From the NCBI RefSeq assembly GCF_006345805.1, contig NC_043000.1, forward strand, positions 146,444,001 to 146,508,000: a DNA stretch of 64,000 nt. The letters are read 5' to 3'. Source of the stretch: Octopus sinensis (taxonomy: Eukaryota). The translations under genes and the position numbers were made by a program. A model generated the notes under the pieces. It was not told the origin of the DNA. It was given only the letters and a program-made list of their open reading frames with translations, and made no database searches. Positions 40,215 through 53,229 of this stretch are shown in pieces (positions within the stretch are counted from its first letter, which is position 1; every line of letters starts with the position of its first letter).

Positions 40215-41532
40215 ATACATATATATATACATATATTTTCTCACACAAAACACAATTTTATATGCTCGTACCAACCCATATAAATATATGTGTGCATAAA
40301 CATTAAGTAGGCACAAGTAGACGCATAAGCATACCGCTCATACAGGCACACACAAACATACTTATAGACCCCACACCAACACGCACACATATGGTGGAGG
40401 TATGTGTTCGGTGAACATCTGTATGTGTCTCTATACCTCTATATTTGTATACATACATATACATTTACATATTTCCGTGTTTACTAAAGTAATAACAAGG
40501 AGATAAAATATTGAGCGGGAGTCTGTCAAACGAAAATAGTAAGACGATGAATACATCCGATGGTAGTTTTAACTTATTTATCGAAATATAGTAAATTCAA
40601 TATATCTATTTTCGATAACAATCTTACGAATGCAGACAATAATTTGTTAAAACTGCTTCTATAATGTTGCCGGAGCATAGGTAATATTTATTGAAATTTG
40701 TGAAAATTTGTGGGCTAGATATTATCAGTTAATGATTATTTAATTTTTATTTTTATTGTTATTATATAATAACATCGCAGAATGTGAACAATGGTATCGT
40801 CTGTACCAACTGTTACAAGATTCCAACAACTAATTCACTGATTCGTCGCATTTCTTGGGGGTAAAGCCAGCGAAGAGAATGTCATCGGTCTTCGGGTTCA
40901 CGGCGGTTTCAAAGGACGTATGGAGAGGTGCCTCTTGCAGCACCTCAGAATGATGCACCAGTGCAGAACACCACCCTCACTTCCTGCAAATTCGTAGGTT
41001 TGGTGTCTATACACATAAGCTCTCTGTCCTTACGTCGTTTGATAAATGGTTATTGTGTAGTTGTTCCTTTCCCTTTGTCATACAATCATTGGTGACGATG
41101 AATTAGCCACCCTCGGAATGAAAGCGCTAAATAATATCTGGTATAAATACAAAATTGGTGCTGGTTCAAATATACTCCAGGCATACTCGAAACCGTACGA
41201 AAGGCATTCATTCTGTCTTGTCATGGAGAAAATTTTCAGTTGGTGGCTGCTATACTTTCGGCGCAAAACGAATCAGTCGCAACGCAGATTTCAACACGAC
41301 GGGCTGGGAGTCTCTATCATGCTAACGCGTGCTGAGAAGCTGAGGTTATTTTTGCCAGTACAGAAACCAGTCCACGTGAGTTCAAATACTTAAATGTACG
41401 TTGAGAGATTGCCTTAGCCTGTTAGCCTTCGGACGGTTGATTTCGATAGTTACTATCAGTGTATTTTGGCGAGTTAAATAAGTATTTTGACTGTTATTTC
41501 CAGCAGGTAAACATACTTAGTATGTAAAAGAG

Positions 41533-41789
<257 letters not shown>

Positions 41790-41790
<1 letters not shown>

Positions 41791-41960
41791 TGCTCCGGGT
41801 TCGCATTAATTCATTTGGCCCATGATACTGTATGGTCCCTGAGTAAGGCATGTGAAAAAAATTTGAATGAATTCCGTTGGGTAGTTCTCAAACTTTAGTG
41901 ATCCACACATACATACAGACAGACGGACAGACGGACAAACATTCTCAGTTTTATACTAGA
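41790..41960 (-). mobile_element. Helitron-like 5' fragment of a second family, adjoining (TAGA)n 41957-42103
   Basis: Minus: TCTAGTATAAAACTGAGAATG followed by (TCCG/TCTG) repeats, resembling the TC..TATAAAA start of the other Helitrons; no 3' CTRR end seen. Confidence 0.45.
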
Positions 41961-41969
41961 TAGATAGAT

Positions 41970-42104
<135 letters not shown>

Positions 42105-43458
42105 AACACACACACACCCGAGGAACACATAAATGTAAAGCAATTTGGGAAAGCATAGTACTCGAATACCGGAGGTGGAGTAATAAGCGACCTGGGTAGT
42201 GATAGAATGTCCGTTCGTCCTTTTCAGAAATGAATTAGAATGCTGAATACTTTCACAGAACTCTTCGAGAAAGAGCAAGGCAAAGTTTTGTTACTTCACA
42301 ATACAAAATAAGTAACTGATTAATATAAGAGTTATTTCCTAGTTTGTTTGTTTTTTAATGAATCTTCCACGACGTGATTTTTATGTATTTCAACACTTGG
42401 CCTCATACACCTCATTTTGCATGTGAAACATGTACAACTGAATATATGTCTATGTGTGTATTTGCTTCTGTGTATGTGTGTGAGTGCGTGCTTGTGTGCA
42501 TGTGCGTGTGTGTATTTATGCCCGTGTATTTGCTTATACATGCATATATGTGTCTGTGCTTATTTTGTGGGTCTTTTTTTCTGTATGCGTCTGGGTATCT
42601 CGGTTGTTCCGTATGTGCATTTACTGCTAAATATATATATTAACACGTACCCAACTTTTCTAAAGAGATTACAGTGTCTAAACATTTGATAAAGCAAAAC
42701 ATATGATTGTGTTCGTAGGTGTCTGATTGTGTTTGTAGGTGTCTGTGTATAAATTTGTGTCAGTGTGTGTTTGTGCGTGTACGCGTGAATGAGAAGGAAA
42801 GAATGTTTGTAAAAGATTCGTATAACAATGGCGATCTGGGAAACCTTCCCTCGACCGGGTACTTAAATTAAAATGAATTTCAATTCGGATTCACAAGAAT
42901 TTATTCCTTTAGAGGAAAAAAAATATATAATTATAATTTAAAGGAAAAAATAATTCAGATTAATGTTTCCAAATTTTACTGATTTATGAACCTATCATTT
43001 AACCAAACTGATACTTCCAGAATATTCACTGATCGATTAATTAGATTAAAAAATAACAGTAATATATATATATATGCGTGTTTGTGTGTGTGTGCGTGTT
43101 TTTGCTAATATGTGTTCATACAAGTGCAATTTTATCCAATGCCATGTTATGTTGCATGCACATAATTTGCATACTAAAATTTTTAGCGTAAATGATTTTT
43201 GGCAGAAGACTAATGCTTAAACGAATAAGCAAATCTAAAACGTTAAATACAAGCCACGTAACCATTCATGTAAAAATTTCTCCATCAGAAACCACGCTTT
43301 GCTACTTGGAATGGAATTTCCATCAATTATACCCGAAAATTATAAATCATTTCAAACAATTTACATTTTAATTTATTTCTACATTTCGCTTCGTACAAGT
43401 ATCTGCAAAAGGTAACTGGAAAGAATGGACATTTATACTTATGTATCAATGTGTATAC

Positions 43459-43512
<54 letters not shown>

Positions 43513-43719
43513 GTATATATATATATATATTTATTTATTTATGTATTTATTTATTTATTTATTTATTTATTTATAGAGGTTTGTACTTTTCCCTTGTTAA
43601 CAATTAACACGGGAAAAAATATAATTAGTTACCTGGCTAGCAAAAAAATCACACAAGTAAAAAGGTTGTAACTCCTTGTTTTAAAGGTAGAAACTACGGG
43701 TTTACGTGAAATATTTTGT

Positions 43720-43763
<44 letters not shown>

Positions 43764-43890
43764 ATAATATATATACATATATATATATATATATACATGT
43801 TAGTTAGTTAGTTAGTTAGTTTGTTAATTTGGCTCAAAAGCAAATAGCAAGGCCATGTAGGGGGACATGGAGTTAAGTACAGGGTGGTGT

Positions 43891-46779
43891 TCATGTAAAG
43901 AGTTCAGGCCACTTGAGGTCCAGGGAGGCTTTGAACAAAGCGGTCGTCGGCATCTTCACCATCTCGTCTGGCAGCTTGTTCCACGGATCCGCAACCCGGA
44001 CGGAGAAAGCTCCTCTCCTTCGATTGAGATGAAATCGTCGCAGGTAGAGCTTTTCGGAATGACCCCGCAGCCGACGCTCCGGAGCAGGAGTGAAGAACAG
44101 CTCTTTCGAGAGGTTACACTTCCCGCTTATGATGTTGTGGGCGAGAATGAGATCACCACGGCGGCGGCGTTTTTCAAGAGAACAAAGGTCGAGCGTCCTC
44201 AGCCTTTCTTCGTAGGACAAATTTTTGAGCCCATGAACCATGCGGGTAGCCAGCCTCTGGACTCTTTCGAGGTGCTGTATGTCTTTGAGGAGATAAGGAG
44301 AAGAGGCTTGAATCCCATACTCCAATATGGGTCTCACCAGCGTGACATAGAGTGGCAGGAATATGGCTGCTGTGAGCATTCCGAATGACCGTCGAATCAA
44401 AAACAGAATTCCGCGCGCTTTGTTGGCAGCATGGACGCACTGGGCCGAAGGCGAAAAGGAGGAATCCACCAAGATACCCAGGTCCTTTACCTGATCGGTC
44501 CTCTCCAGCAGCAGACGACCCGGCTCGAAATCAAGTTGAGTTGCAGGAGTAGAGCCGACAGGCAGATGACAGCACTTTGACACGTTCAGACACAGGTCCC
44601 AATCGTTAGACCACTTCCAAATTTGGTGGAGGCATCGACGAAGATCCTCTATACTACCGCGAGGAGCGACCAGTTCGATATCGTCGGCAAATAGAAGGGT
44701 GTGTTGCGTGAGGTCGTCGGGCAAGTCATTTATGAAGACTAAGAACAACAAGGGCCCAAGCACTGAACCTTGAGGCACGCCACTGCTCGCACTGGAGACG
44801 TCGGACCGCGAACCATTAACTTGAACTTGGAAGGAGCGATCTGAGAGGAAGGCACCAACCCATCGTACAATATCCGGATGGAAACTATATGCTTGAAGCT
44901 TGACAAGTAGTAGGCGGTGGTTTACCGAGTCAAAAGCTTTGGCAAAGTCCAATAAAACGATGTCAACAGCATCACTATCATCGAGGATGCGCGTCACCAA
45001 TTCTTCCATTACTAGTAAGTTGGTCAAGCATGATCTCTTCGGCACGAAGCCGTGTTGGGAATCAGTGATCGAGGCTGTGTTTAGGAGGTGGAGCATCATA
45101 CTTTTCTTAAGGATGGTTTCGAACATCTTGCTGATTATTGATGTAAGGGAAACCGGTCGGTAGTTAAGCGGGTCTTCGCGGCTCTCTTTCTTGAAAATTG
45201 GGCAGATTATCGCTGTTCTCCAGTCTGCAGGTATAACACCCGTCGCCAATGACATATTGAATAGTCGTGTTAAGGGCTCGCAGATGACCGGATCCAACGC
45301 TTTGATAACCCGTGGGTGTATGCCGTCAGGGCCGTGACCCTTGTTGACATCGAGGCCTTGAATAATACGTTTGACTTGGTCCCGCGTGATGACCAATCGA
45401 AGCATTGGAGGTACCGATCTATCAAATGGAGGGGGTTCACGACCATCATCTTGTTTGAAAATAGTTGAAAAAGCCTCGGCAAATAATTGACTCTGTTGAT
45501 AAGGGTCCTCAATCGATACGCCTGTTGAGTCTACCAACGTTGCAATCTGGTTGTTCAAGCGGGAATTCCGCTGGACATGGGCAAAGAAGGTTTTTGGATT
45601 GCTACTGGCATTTGCCGCGATTTTGTATTCATAACTGAAGCGTTCTTTCTTTTCAATTTTCACGGCTCGGTCTCGTTGAGTTTTGTACACCTCAAAAGCT
45701 GCAGTCGAATCCAGATTTTTGAATTCAGCCCAAGCAATATCTCTGAGTCGACGTTCTCGTTTAACCTTCTTCGTCACCCAGGGCTTGTGTTTCTTCCTCT
45801 TGGGAAGTCCAACGGGAACTGCCTGGTCAGTCAAACAGATTACATATGCTTTGAGGGATGACCATAGTTCGTCAACTGAGGACAACGTCATCAGGGAACG
45901 CCAGTCCAGAAGCGCGGAAGCCTCGGTTAGAATTTCAAGATTAATTGCAGAGAAGACTCTACGTGGCAGCGAAGTAATCGTGGGCGTGGAAAAAGTTGTG
46001 TGCATGACGAACTTCAGGACCGCATGATCACTCTTGGCAAGAGGGGCGCACACAGATACGTCTGACACTGATCTTGGATAGCGGGAGAATACCAGATCTA
46101 GCATAGATGGCTGCTGCCCAGACCGATGCCTTGTCGGATATTCAACATGTTGCGATAGAAAACAATCTTCAGCCACGTCAAGAAGGGCCTGGCCGAACCG
46201 GGAAGATGTTGTACAAATTGATGCGGGCCAATCGATCGTGGGAGCGTTGAAGTCGCCTAGTACCAAGCAGTCATGCGAAGCTGAAACGAATCTTATCGCT
46301 TCAAGTAGATGAGCATCGTCCTGCGGGTCGGCTAGAGGCGGCCTGTAGACAGCCAACACGGGCAGGCAAAACTCAGATAGGCTCACCTTGCAATAGACGG
46401 CATCGAATTTGGTTGTAGGTTGAGCATTTGTGGGTAGAATACCACAGGACGGTTTGTGCTCAGACTTAACATACACAGCAACACCTCCACCTCGCCTTTT
46501 TCCTCTGTCACATCTGAAAAGGACGTAGCCCTGCAGGTGGATCTCTGAGTCCTTTACTGCTGGAGTCAGCCAAGTCTCGGTGATAGCTATCACATCAGGG
46601 GAGTCGCGTAGGGCCAATGTAAATAGTTCACTGAACTTTGGGAATAAGGAGCACGAGTTGGTGTAGACGATGCTGAGCTGTGAAGTCTGAGGGGCGGGAG
46701 TTGGGGAACAAGCAGAATAAAGGGCATCAGAGATAGCATCGTTGACGGGGGTATCAACTACGCTTCGATTTGCCCTCAC
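43891..46779 (-). CDS. LINE ORF2: apurinic-like endonuclease + reverse transcriptase (962 aa, no ATG upstream of the endonuclease)
   Basis: APE motifs YTN, ITETWL, VYRPP, GDFN, LDLVF, SDH. RT motifs NYRPVSLTS, QHGF, LDFAKAFDSV, GVPQGSVLGPLLF, FADD. CR1-type C-terminus YEERL..L.L.SLE.RR.RGDLI...WNKLP. Confidence 0.95.
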   Translation of the reverse strand: MRANRSVVDTPVNDAISDALYSACSPTPAPQTSQLSIVYTNSCSLFPKFSELFTLALRDSPDVIAITETWLTPAVKDSEIHLQGYVLFRCDRGKRRGGGVAVYVKSEHKPSCGILPTNAQPTTKFDAVYCKVSLSEFCLPVLAVYRPPLADPQDDAHLLEAIRFVSASHDCLVLGDFNAPTIDWPASICTTSSRFGQALLDVAEDCFLSQHVEYPTRHRSGQQPSMLDLVFSRYPRSVSDVSVCAPLAKSDHAVLKFVMHTTFSTPTITSLPRRVFSAINLEILTEASALLDWRSLMTLSSVDELWSSLKAYVICLTDQAVPVGLPKRKKHKPWVTKKVKRERRLRDIAWAEFKNLDSTAAFEVYKTQRDRAVKIEKKERFSYEYKIAANASSNPKTFFAHVQRNSRLNNQIATLVDSTGVSIEDPYQQSQLFAEAFSTIFKQDDGREPPPFDRSVPPMLRLVITRDQVKRIIQGLDVNKGHGPDGIHPRVIKALDPVICEPLTRLFNMSLATGVIPADWRTAIICPIFKKESREDPLNYRPVSLTSIISKMFETILKKSMMLHLLNTASITDSQHGFVPKRSCLTNLLVMEELVTRILDDSDAVDIVLLDFAKAFDSVNHRLLLVKLQAYSFHPDIVRWVGAFLSDRSFQVQVNGSRSDVSSASSGVPQGSVLGPLLFLVFINDLPDDLTQHTLLFADDIELVAPRGSIEDLRRCLHQIWKWSNDWDLCLNVSKCCHLPVGSTPATQLDFEPGRLLLERTDQVKDLGILVDSSFSPSAQCVHAANKARGILFLIRRSFGMLTAAIFLPLYVTLVRPILEYGIQASSPYLLKDIQHLERVQRLATRMVHGLKNLSYEERLRTLDLCSLEKRRRRGDLILAHNIISGKCNLSKELFFTPAPERRLRGHSEKLYLRRFHLNRRRGAFSVRVADPWNKLPDEMVKMPTTALFKASLDLKWPELFT

Positions 46780-48234
46780 ATCACTTTCCCTGTCAGCACA
46801 ACAGCATGGGACCAGAGGTAGGACTTGATTATCTGTCCATCTTGGATTCGTAAACCCTTCTCTCCCATTTGTTTCCTCATCTTTAGCTCGGATATCAGGT
46901 TCCTCCGGCGAATTCTCTCTCTTAGTGAGTATTCCTCGCGAAAACCCATATTGGGGTCCTCCCAGGCATGCGTCTGAGCTCCGTTCAGAAAGACTGAAGC
47001 CTCCCGATCAGAAGAAAAGATTACCCTTATTGGGCGTGGTCTAGTATCTGCGGTTGGGTTCGCTTGGAATCTTCCTAGCCGAGCGACCTTAAGAACACTG
47101 ACATTTTCGTTTACAGAGAACAATTTTCCAACCAAAAAGGAAACAAAATTAATGTCATCTTTTAGGCGGTTTATGCCTGTATCACAGGTGGATTCAGCCT
47201 TGCCATATATTATTGCCGATCTTGAGTGGGCAAAAAGTTCTCTACTATGAGCTGCGGTATTCGATTCTTCATTGGAGGATTTCGAAAGAGTGGTTTCATA
47301 GCCATCGGACTTATGTCGGCCTGTGGGGTCGATCGGAATGGATTTAGTGGTCATAATTTTCCCGCCTGGTTTGGAACTGCACTGTCTCTTCTTCGGTTTG
47401 GGGGAGCACCACTCCCCAGATGAACCCACATCGAGATCGTTCAGAATTGGTTGAGCAATGGCATTAATGGGAAGGACAAGTGAAGGAGAATCCAAACAGA
47501 TTTTAACGTGATCAGGTTTCATAGCCAAATCTGCCCCTCTGGAGTTTTGACTACGTTTCTTCTTTTGGGGAGAACAACGGTCTTCAGGTGGGTTTGAGTC
47601 TACGCTCCTCGAACTAGGTTGGGAACCTCCGGGACCGAAAAGGCAGATGAGGAAGAATCCGCACAGGAACGATCATGTGCAGGAACGACCGCCGGCTCCT
47701 TCGCCTTGTTTGGCCGCTTCGATTTTGTTCCCTTCGGTTTGGACGTCTCCAGGGAAGAAATCAAGGGTGACCCTGCGTCAACAGGAGACCGTTTATCGTG
47801 GTCAGGTTTCATAGCTAAATCCGCCCCACTGGAGTTTTGACGACGTTTCTTCTTTTGGGGAGAACAACGGTCTTCAGGTGGGTTTGAGTCTACGCTCCTC
47901 AAATTAGGTTGGGAACCTCCGGGACCGAAAAGGCAGATGAGGAAGAATCCGCACGGGAACGATCATGTGCAGAAACGACCGCCGGTTCCTTCGCCTTCTT
48001 TGGCCGCCTCGATTTTGTTCCCTTCGGTTTGGACGTCTCCAGGGAAGAAATCAAGGGTGACTCTGCGTCAACAGGAGACTGTTTATTCAGTAAGAGAGCA
48101 ACAACAGACTTTAGGTGCTCAACCTCTTGTTTGAGCAACAGCAACTGTTCGTTGAGCTGACTATTGGTAGGACCATCATCTTGATGAGAAGCCCTACTTG
48201 CAGATCTCAGTTTCGATGCGTAGGTAGCTGACAT
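46776..48234 (-). pseudogene. LINE ORF1 region, broken into three frames by a 290-bp tandem duplication
   Basis: N-terminal coiled coil (LNEQLLLLKQEVEHLKSVVALLL, 47899-48234) and basic repeats. C-terminal 250 aa carries IIYG..ES, RLGR, RPRPIRVIF typical of CR1-group ORF1. Confidence 0.8.
47508..48085 (+). repeat. 290-bp tandem duplication inside ORF1
   Basis: TCAGGTTTCATAGC at 47512 and 47802; units differ by scattered substitutions. Confidence 0.95.
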
Positions 48235-48377
48235 GATGGATGGTTGACTAAAAACAATCTTCTATGGGCTCTAGGACAAATCGGGGTTAAATCAGGAACA
48301 AAAAACAGGTGCAATCCTTGTAGGAGTAGGCAACAGCAGACAAAAACTGAGAGAGTTTGGGCTGAGCCGAATCACAT

Positions 48378-48653
48378 ATATCACGTGATCACGTGACCGA
48401 CCAGTCCATCAGATGTAGTTACATATCGTTGGTCACAATGCGTTCGCATTGTTGTAGCCTTCGGATGACGCCACCCCGCTGGCTAAGCGAGCAGGCCAAC
48501 AGAAGAAAGAGTGGAAGAAAGAGTGATGAAAGAGTACAGCAGGGATCACCACCCCCTGCCGGAGCCTCGTGGAGCTTTTAGGTGTTTTTGCACAATAAAC
48601 ACTCACAACGCCCGCGAGTCCGCTGCCCTAACCACTGGGCCATTGCGCCTCCA
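48378..48653 (-). mobile_element. SINE family 4 (head H1 + tail T2), B-box deleted
   Basis: Head TGGAGGCGCAATGGCCCAGTGG; ends GGTCACGTGATCACGTGATA. Confidence 0.9.
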
Positions 48654-48679
48654 CTTATACATATATATATGTTTATATA

Positions 48680-48768
<89 letters not shown>

Positions 48769-49544
48769 CTTATATATATATATATATATTTGCTTATATA
48801 TATATATATATATATTTGCTTATATATATATATGGATTTGCTTATATATATATATATATATAATCAATGTAAACAGCAGTGTGTCTCACCAAAAAGGTGA
48901 ATTATAATTGTCACTAAATATGAGTAAGGCGTTAAAAAGGACCTACATTGCTAGAAATAATAGCTGAAATGCTTTAATGCTGTATTTCATGGATGAAAAC
49001 ATACATTAACAGGGACCATAATTGTCCGAAATATACCGACCAATAATTTTTAAGACAATTATTTAGAATTATTTAGTAACAAGTATAATTCTCGTCTTTG
49101 GTGAAAAATTGCAACCTACTGCTTACATTAATTTTCTGCATTAATATTAGCGAATCGCATAATCATCAACTAATTTGGATGGGGAATACATATATGCTAA
49201 TAGCGAAATAGGTCCGGAAATGGCTGAACACCGAGCTGGCGTAAATGATGATGGCAAATGAAATTGCTGATACTGATCGATTGGTACTCTTTGGACAATT
49301 ATAATCCCTGTTAGGGTATGTTTTCATTCATGCGAGTTAACTAGAGCATTATAGCATTTTAGCTCTTGCTTCTAGCAAAGGAAGATTTTTCTTTTAACAC
49401 CCTAGTCATATATATATATATATTCCCTTATTCTTTTACTCTTTTATGCATTCAATACAAAGTCTGCGGCCATGCTGAGACGTCGCCTTTATTATCCTGC
49501 TTTTTAATGGGCATTTTTTTTTCATAGTAAATGTCTTCTGAGTT

Positions 49545-52425
49545 TCTTGCTATGATGTAGGTTAATCTGGGAATTTGGACAGCAGGACATCAAGTTGTTC
49601 CTTGAGAATATGTGCCCCTACTCCATGTCGATCTCTGAGACGTTTTGGCAAGGTATTAAGTACCCGTGGATTCTTGAATCATAAGGTATTGCAATATATC
49701 GTCCTCAATCTTGACGTGATGTCTGAGATTTTGAAAGGTGCAGTGACGTCCAGTTTGGGTGCCGGTATACCTTTCTGCCAAGTCTTCCATAATTTTTCAT
49801 ACGTATATTATTGTATATCATTCTCGTCTCTTCTATTATCTCAGTTGTCCACTGATGCAAAATTCCACATTGCTTAAATGCCCCCCCCCCCACCATTTCA
49901 GCTATTCCTTTGACGCTGTGAGGTAAACACAATTGACAGCAGTAGTAGGTGGGTGAGGACAAATTCCCTCCATAGAACCAGCATAGTTTCCTACTCCTTG
50001 CTCTGGAATTTCTCAGAATCTACCGAGCCATTCGCCTACACATTGCTACCATCTTGGCAGGAAGAACGAGGCGTTTTTGCTTATATCGACCCCCAGTTGA
50101 AGCACTGTACCTAACTCGAGGATTGCCGCTTCTTTTGTTCCAAAGTATCTTTGTTGCAGCAAATTACTACAAGCTAGCTCATAGTGGAAAGCTTGGAATT
50201 GACTTGCATTAAGTTTCATGTCATTTTCTACAGCCCAATTATGACATCCATGTCTTTCTCAAAAAGATTAGCATCAAAGCATTAGCATCAAAAAGATTAG
50301 CATCAAAAGTAAGTGTGGTTCTCTGCAATTTATGGTCTATCCAAATTAGCCACGATACTCAACAGTGGCTCCGATACAGTTCCCCCGAGGCGCTCCACTC
50401 ACTATTACAGTCTGTTCGGAGACGACTCCATTGGATTCCACATCCCAGGTTCAGTCTTTTAAGAAGTAATGTAACCACCATCCCAGTTTTCGGACTATAC
50501 CTAGTCTCCGTAGCTTGTTACATATCACCCCATGTTCTACCTTCTCGAAAGACACTGCAAATAAGAGATATACCAATTCCTCCTATTAGTGGTTCATAAG
50601 TTTTTTCAACACCCAGTCATAATGCTGTATTGGGTCTCAGGTTTCAACTCATCCTCTTCTAGGAACGTGATCAGCTTCCATCTGACAATGCCTTCCATAC
50701 CTTTAGAAGCATGGGAGGTTAGATAGACAGGCCTATAATTTTTAAGATCCGTCCTGCTACCCTCTTTATATGCCTTCCTTTAACTTTCTGAAAGGTCTCC
50801 CTATTGCAGAGAAGTTTTGGAAGAGGATCTGTAGCGCTCTTGCTAAAATCATTTTGTATTCCTTTAGGTTGATTGGTGGGAATCCATCCGGACCAGTGGC
50901 TAAGTTTAAGCTCATTTCATCAATGGCTGATATCACATCAACTTCCTCCATTTCGAAGTAACTAATAATTGCCATTTCTTTCTGTAGAGCTTTTGTGCTA
51001 AAGAACTCATCAGGCACAGCTATTGGCAAGCGTGCCAACGGAGTTGTGAGAAACGTCTTAATAGCACATCCAGTATTTAACTTATCCTTTGGGTGTCTGC
51101 AGTCAGTGAGCCATTTTCTTCGAACAAGGTCCCTATCTTATATCATTCTAAAGCAGACTCTTTTGCGAATCTATAGAAGACGTTAGGATTTTAAATTACA
51201 GTTTTACAGCCCCGGCTTCTTTCTCTGCCCATTTATTTTCATGGGGCGTTTAATTTCAAAATCAGGTAATATTTATCCTTTGGTGGCCCATTTAGACGGT
51301 TTCATTTGAATGATCGTCGTTTCATATGAAGCATACTATTCCCAATAATTATGCTTTTCTGTCGGTTTGACATACACTCTGGAGCAAATTTAATGCATAA
51401 TCATGCTTGATTGTCATAAAGTTCTGTAGCTTGATGTCATTATCTTACTTACAGACACTGTAAGACCAGTTTTGTTCCATGACCTCTTTCTGAATACCGT
51501 ATCAATCAGTTTTATGAAAGTTCAAATTATAAAAAGGGTTCAGCGTCTCTAATAGCCTTCATGTCTGCAGTTCTCTGCAGACCATACATTGTTAGTCCTA
51601 TGCAGTTATGGTCCGAGGAAAATAGTCGGTGTTATCTTAACATTATGGATAATTGCTGTATTATTTGTCGAGCAGAAGTTCAGAAAATTTTTATTCCTTG
51701 TTGGGTTGAGCACTATTTTCTGCATAAAGAGCATATTTGTGAGTCGAGCAGAGACTGCTTGCCTATGTTCCTGCAGTAACATACCTGAGAGATGGCGGCC
51801 ATGTAGTCATTCGACATTAGGGATATTGAAGCCTCCGTGAAGTCTTGATTGGTTAGTACTTCCTCCATCGTTTTGCGCTGTCCTCGAATGAGCTTCCATG
51901 ATGTTGAGTATCTGGTGGGCGGTATGTCATATATAAGGCGGTGAGCTGGCAGAAACGTTAGCATGCCGGGCGAAATGCTTAGCGGTATTTCGTCTGCCGC
52001 TACGTTCTGAGTTCAAATTCCGCCGAGGCCGACTTTGCCTTTCATCCTTTCGGGGTCGATTAAATAAGTACCAGTTAAGCACTGGGGTCGATATAATCGA
52101 CTTAATCCGTTTCTCTGTCCTTGTTTGTCCTCTCTGGGTTTAGCCCCTTGTGGGTAGTAAAGAAATAGGTATTTCGTACATATTACCATTTTGATTTGTT
52201 TAATGTGTACCACTAGTGTCACAAGCTGAGTTTGAGTGTGACAGGATGATTATCTTCAGAGATATTCATCGCAACTCTGTCATGAGTTGTTTCTCTCAGT
52301 TGGAAATACAAGATACTTTGATGTAAATATCTTAGCATGTGACATGTCAGCGTACAGCTGTAATTCTGTTAATGATATGCATACTGCTTGACTACATGTA
52401 ACTAAGTTTCTCAAAAGGGAGTCTC
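49545..52425 (-). pseudogene. Old degraded CR1-like LINE, interrupted by a SINE
   Basis: ATGPDGFP...LARALQILFQ, NYRPVYLTSH and remnants of the GxVSEP (GSVLGP-like) motif; numerous stops. Confidence 0.7.
51937..52176 (+). mobile_element. SINE family 2, full-length monomer
   Basis: GGCGGTGAGCTGGCAGAAACG head, GAGTTCAAATTCC B-box, core GCCTTTCATCCTTTCGGGGTCGATTAAATAAGTACCAG, ends TAGGTATTTCG. Confidence 0.92.
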
Positions 52426-53027
52426 ACCTCTCAACCCGCATACACATACGTATGTGTGCATGTGTGTGTGTGTGTGTGCATATATGCATATGTGAGTGTG
52501 TGTGAGTGCACATTGTTAAAAATGTTATCGAAAAACCCAATTCTTCTATACGCCGCATGAGGTGGCGCACATACCATTTTGATCGGAAAAAATTGAGAAG
52601 AAACTCCATATCCCAAAAGACCAGATATTATAGCATTTATTTAAAACTCAAAAGTTTCCACTACTGGATTCGAACACGAACTTTGGAATGTAGTCGGTCA
52701 ATTTAACTAAGTAATTATGCTTCGTAATAGACTGTTAAATTTTAAAATAAAGCATTGAACATATAACAGTTACCGTATTTGTAATTGTTTGGTTCTACAC
52801 GACACAAAATATTCATAATCAATTTACCCACCAGCAGAATTACAGTGAGATTACTCACCCTAAGGGATCCTTGATGCTTCTTCTTACCTGATATGGTTAG
52901 ATGGAATCTGGATTATACCTGAGAGATCTTATGATATCCGCCTGGATAATTTATCTTTATATATACATCGTATAAATATATACATAAATACATACATACT
53001 ATGCATATAAATAATATATATATATAT

Positions 53028-53229
53028 ATCCCCGTGACCGACCAAGCTATCGGATGTTGCTACACATCGCTGGTCACTATGCGCTTCGCATTGTTTTAGC
53101 CTTCAAATGACGCCACACCGCTGGCTAAGCGAGCAGGCCAACAGAAGAAAGAGTGAGAGAAAGTTGTGGCGTCAGAGTACAGCAGGGATCGCCACCCCAC
53201 CCCCTGCCGGAGCCTCGTGGAGCTTTTAA
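53028..53229 (-). mobile_element. SINE family 4, 5'-truncated
   Basis: Aligns to 59558-59760. Confidence 0.88.

Larger units (their letters stand above)
43799..48375 (-). mobile_element. Apparently full-length CR1-group LINE
   Basis: Short 5' UTR, ORF1 region, ORF2, ~70-nt 3' UTR and (AACT)n tail at 43799-43820. Visibly more GC-rich than flanks; sits in the TA tract 3' of a SINE. Confidence 0.95.

Noticed and set aside
43867-48160. Plus-strand ORFs within the CR1 element
   Set aside because: Antisense shadows of a GC-rich coding region, with no recognisable motifs.
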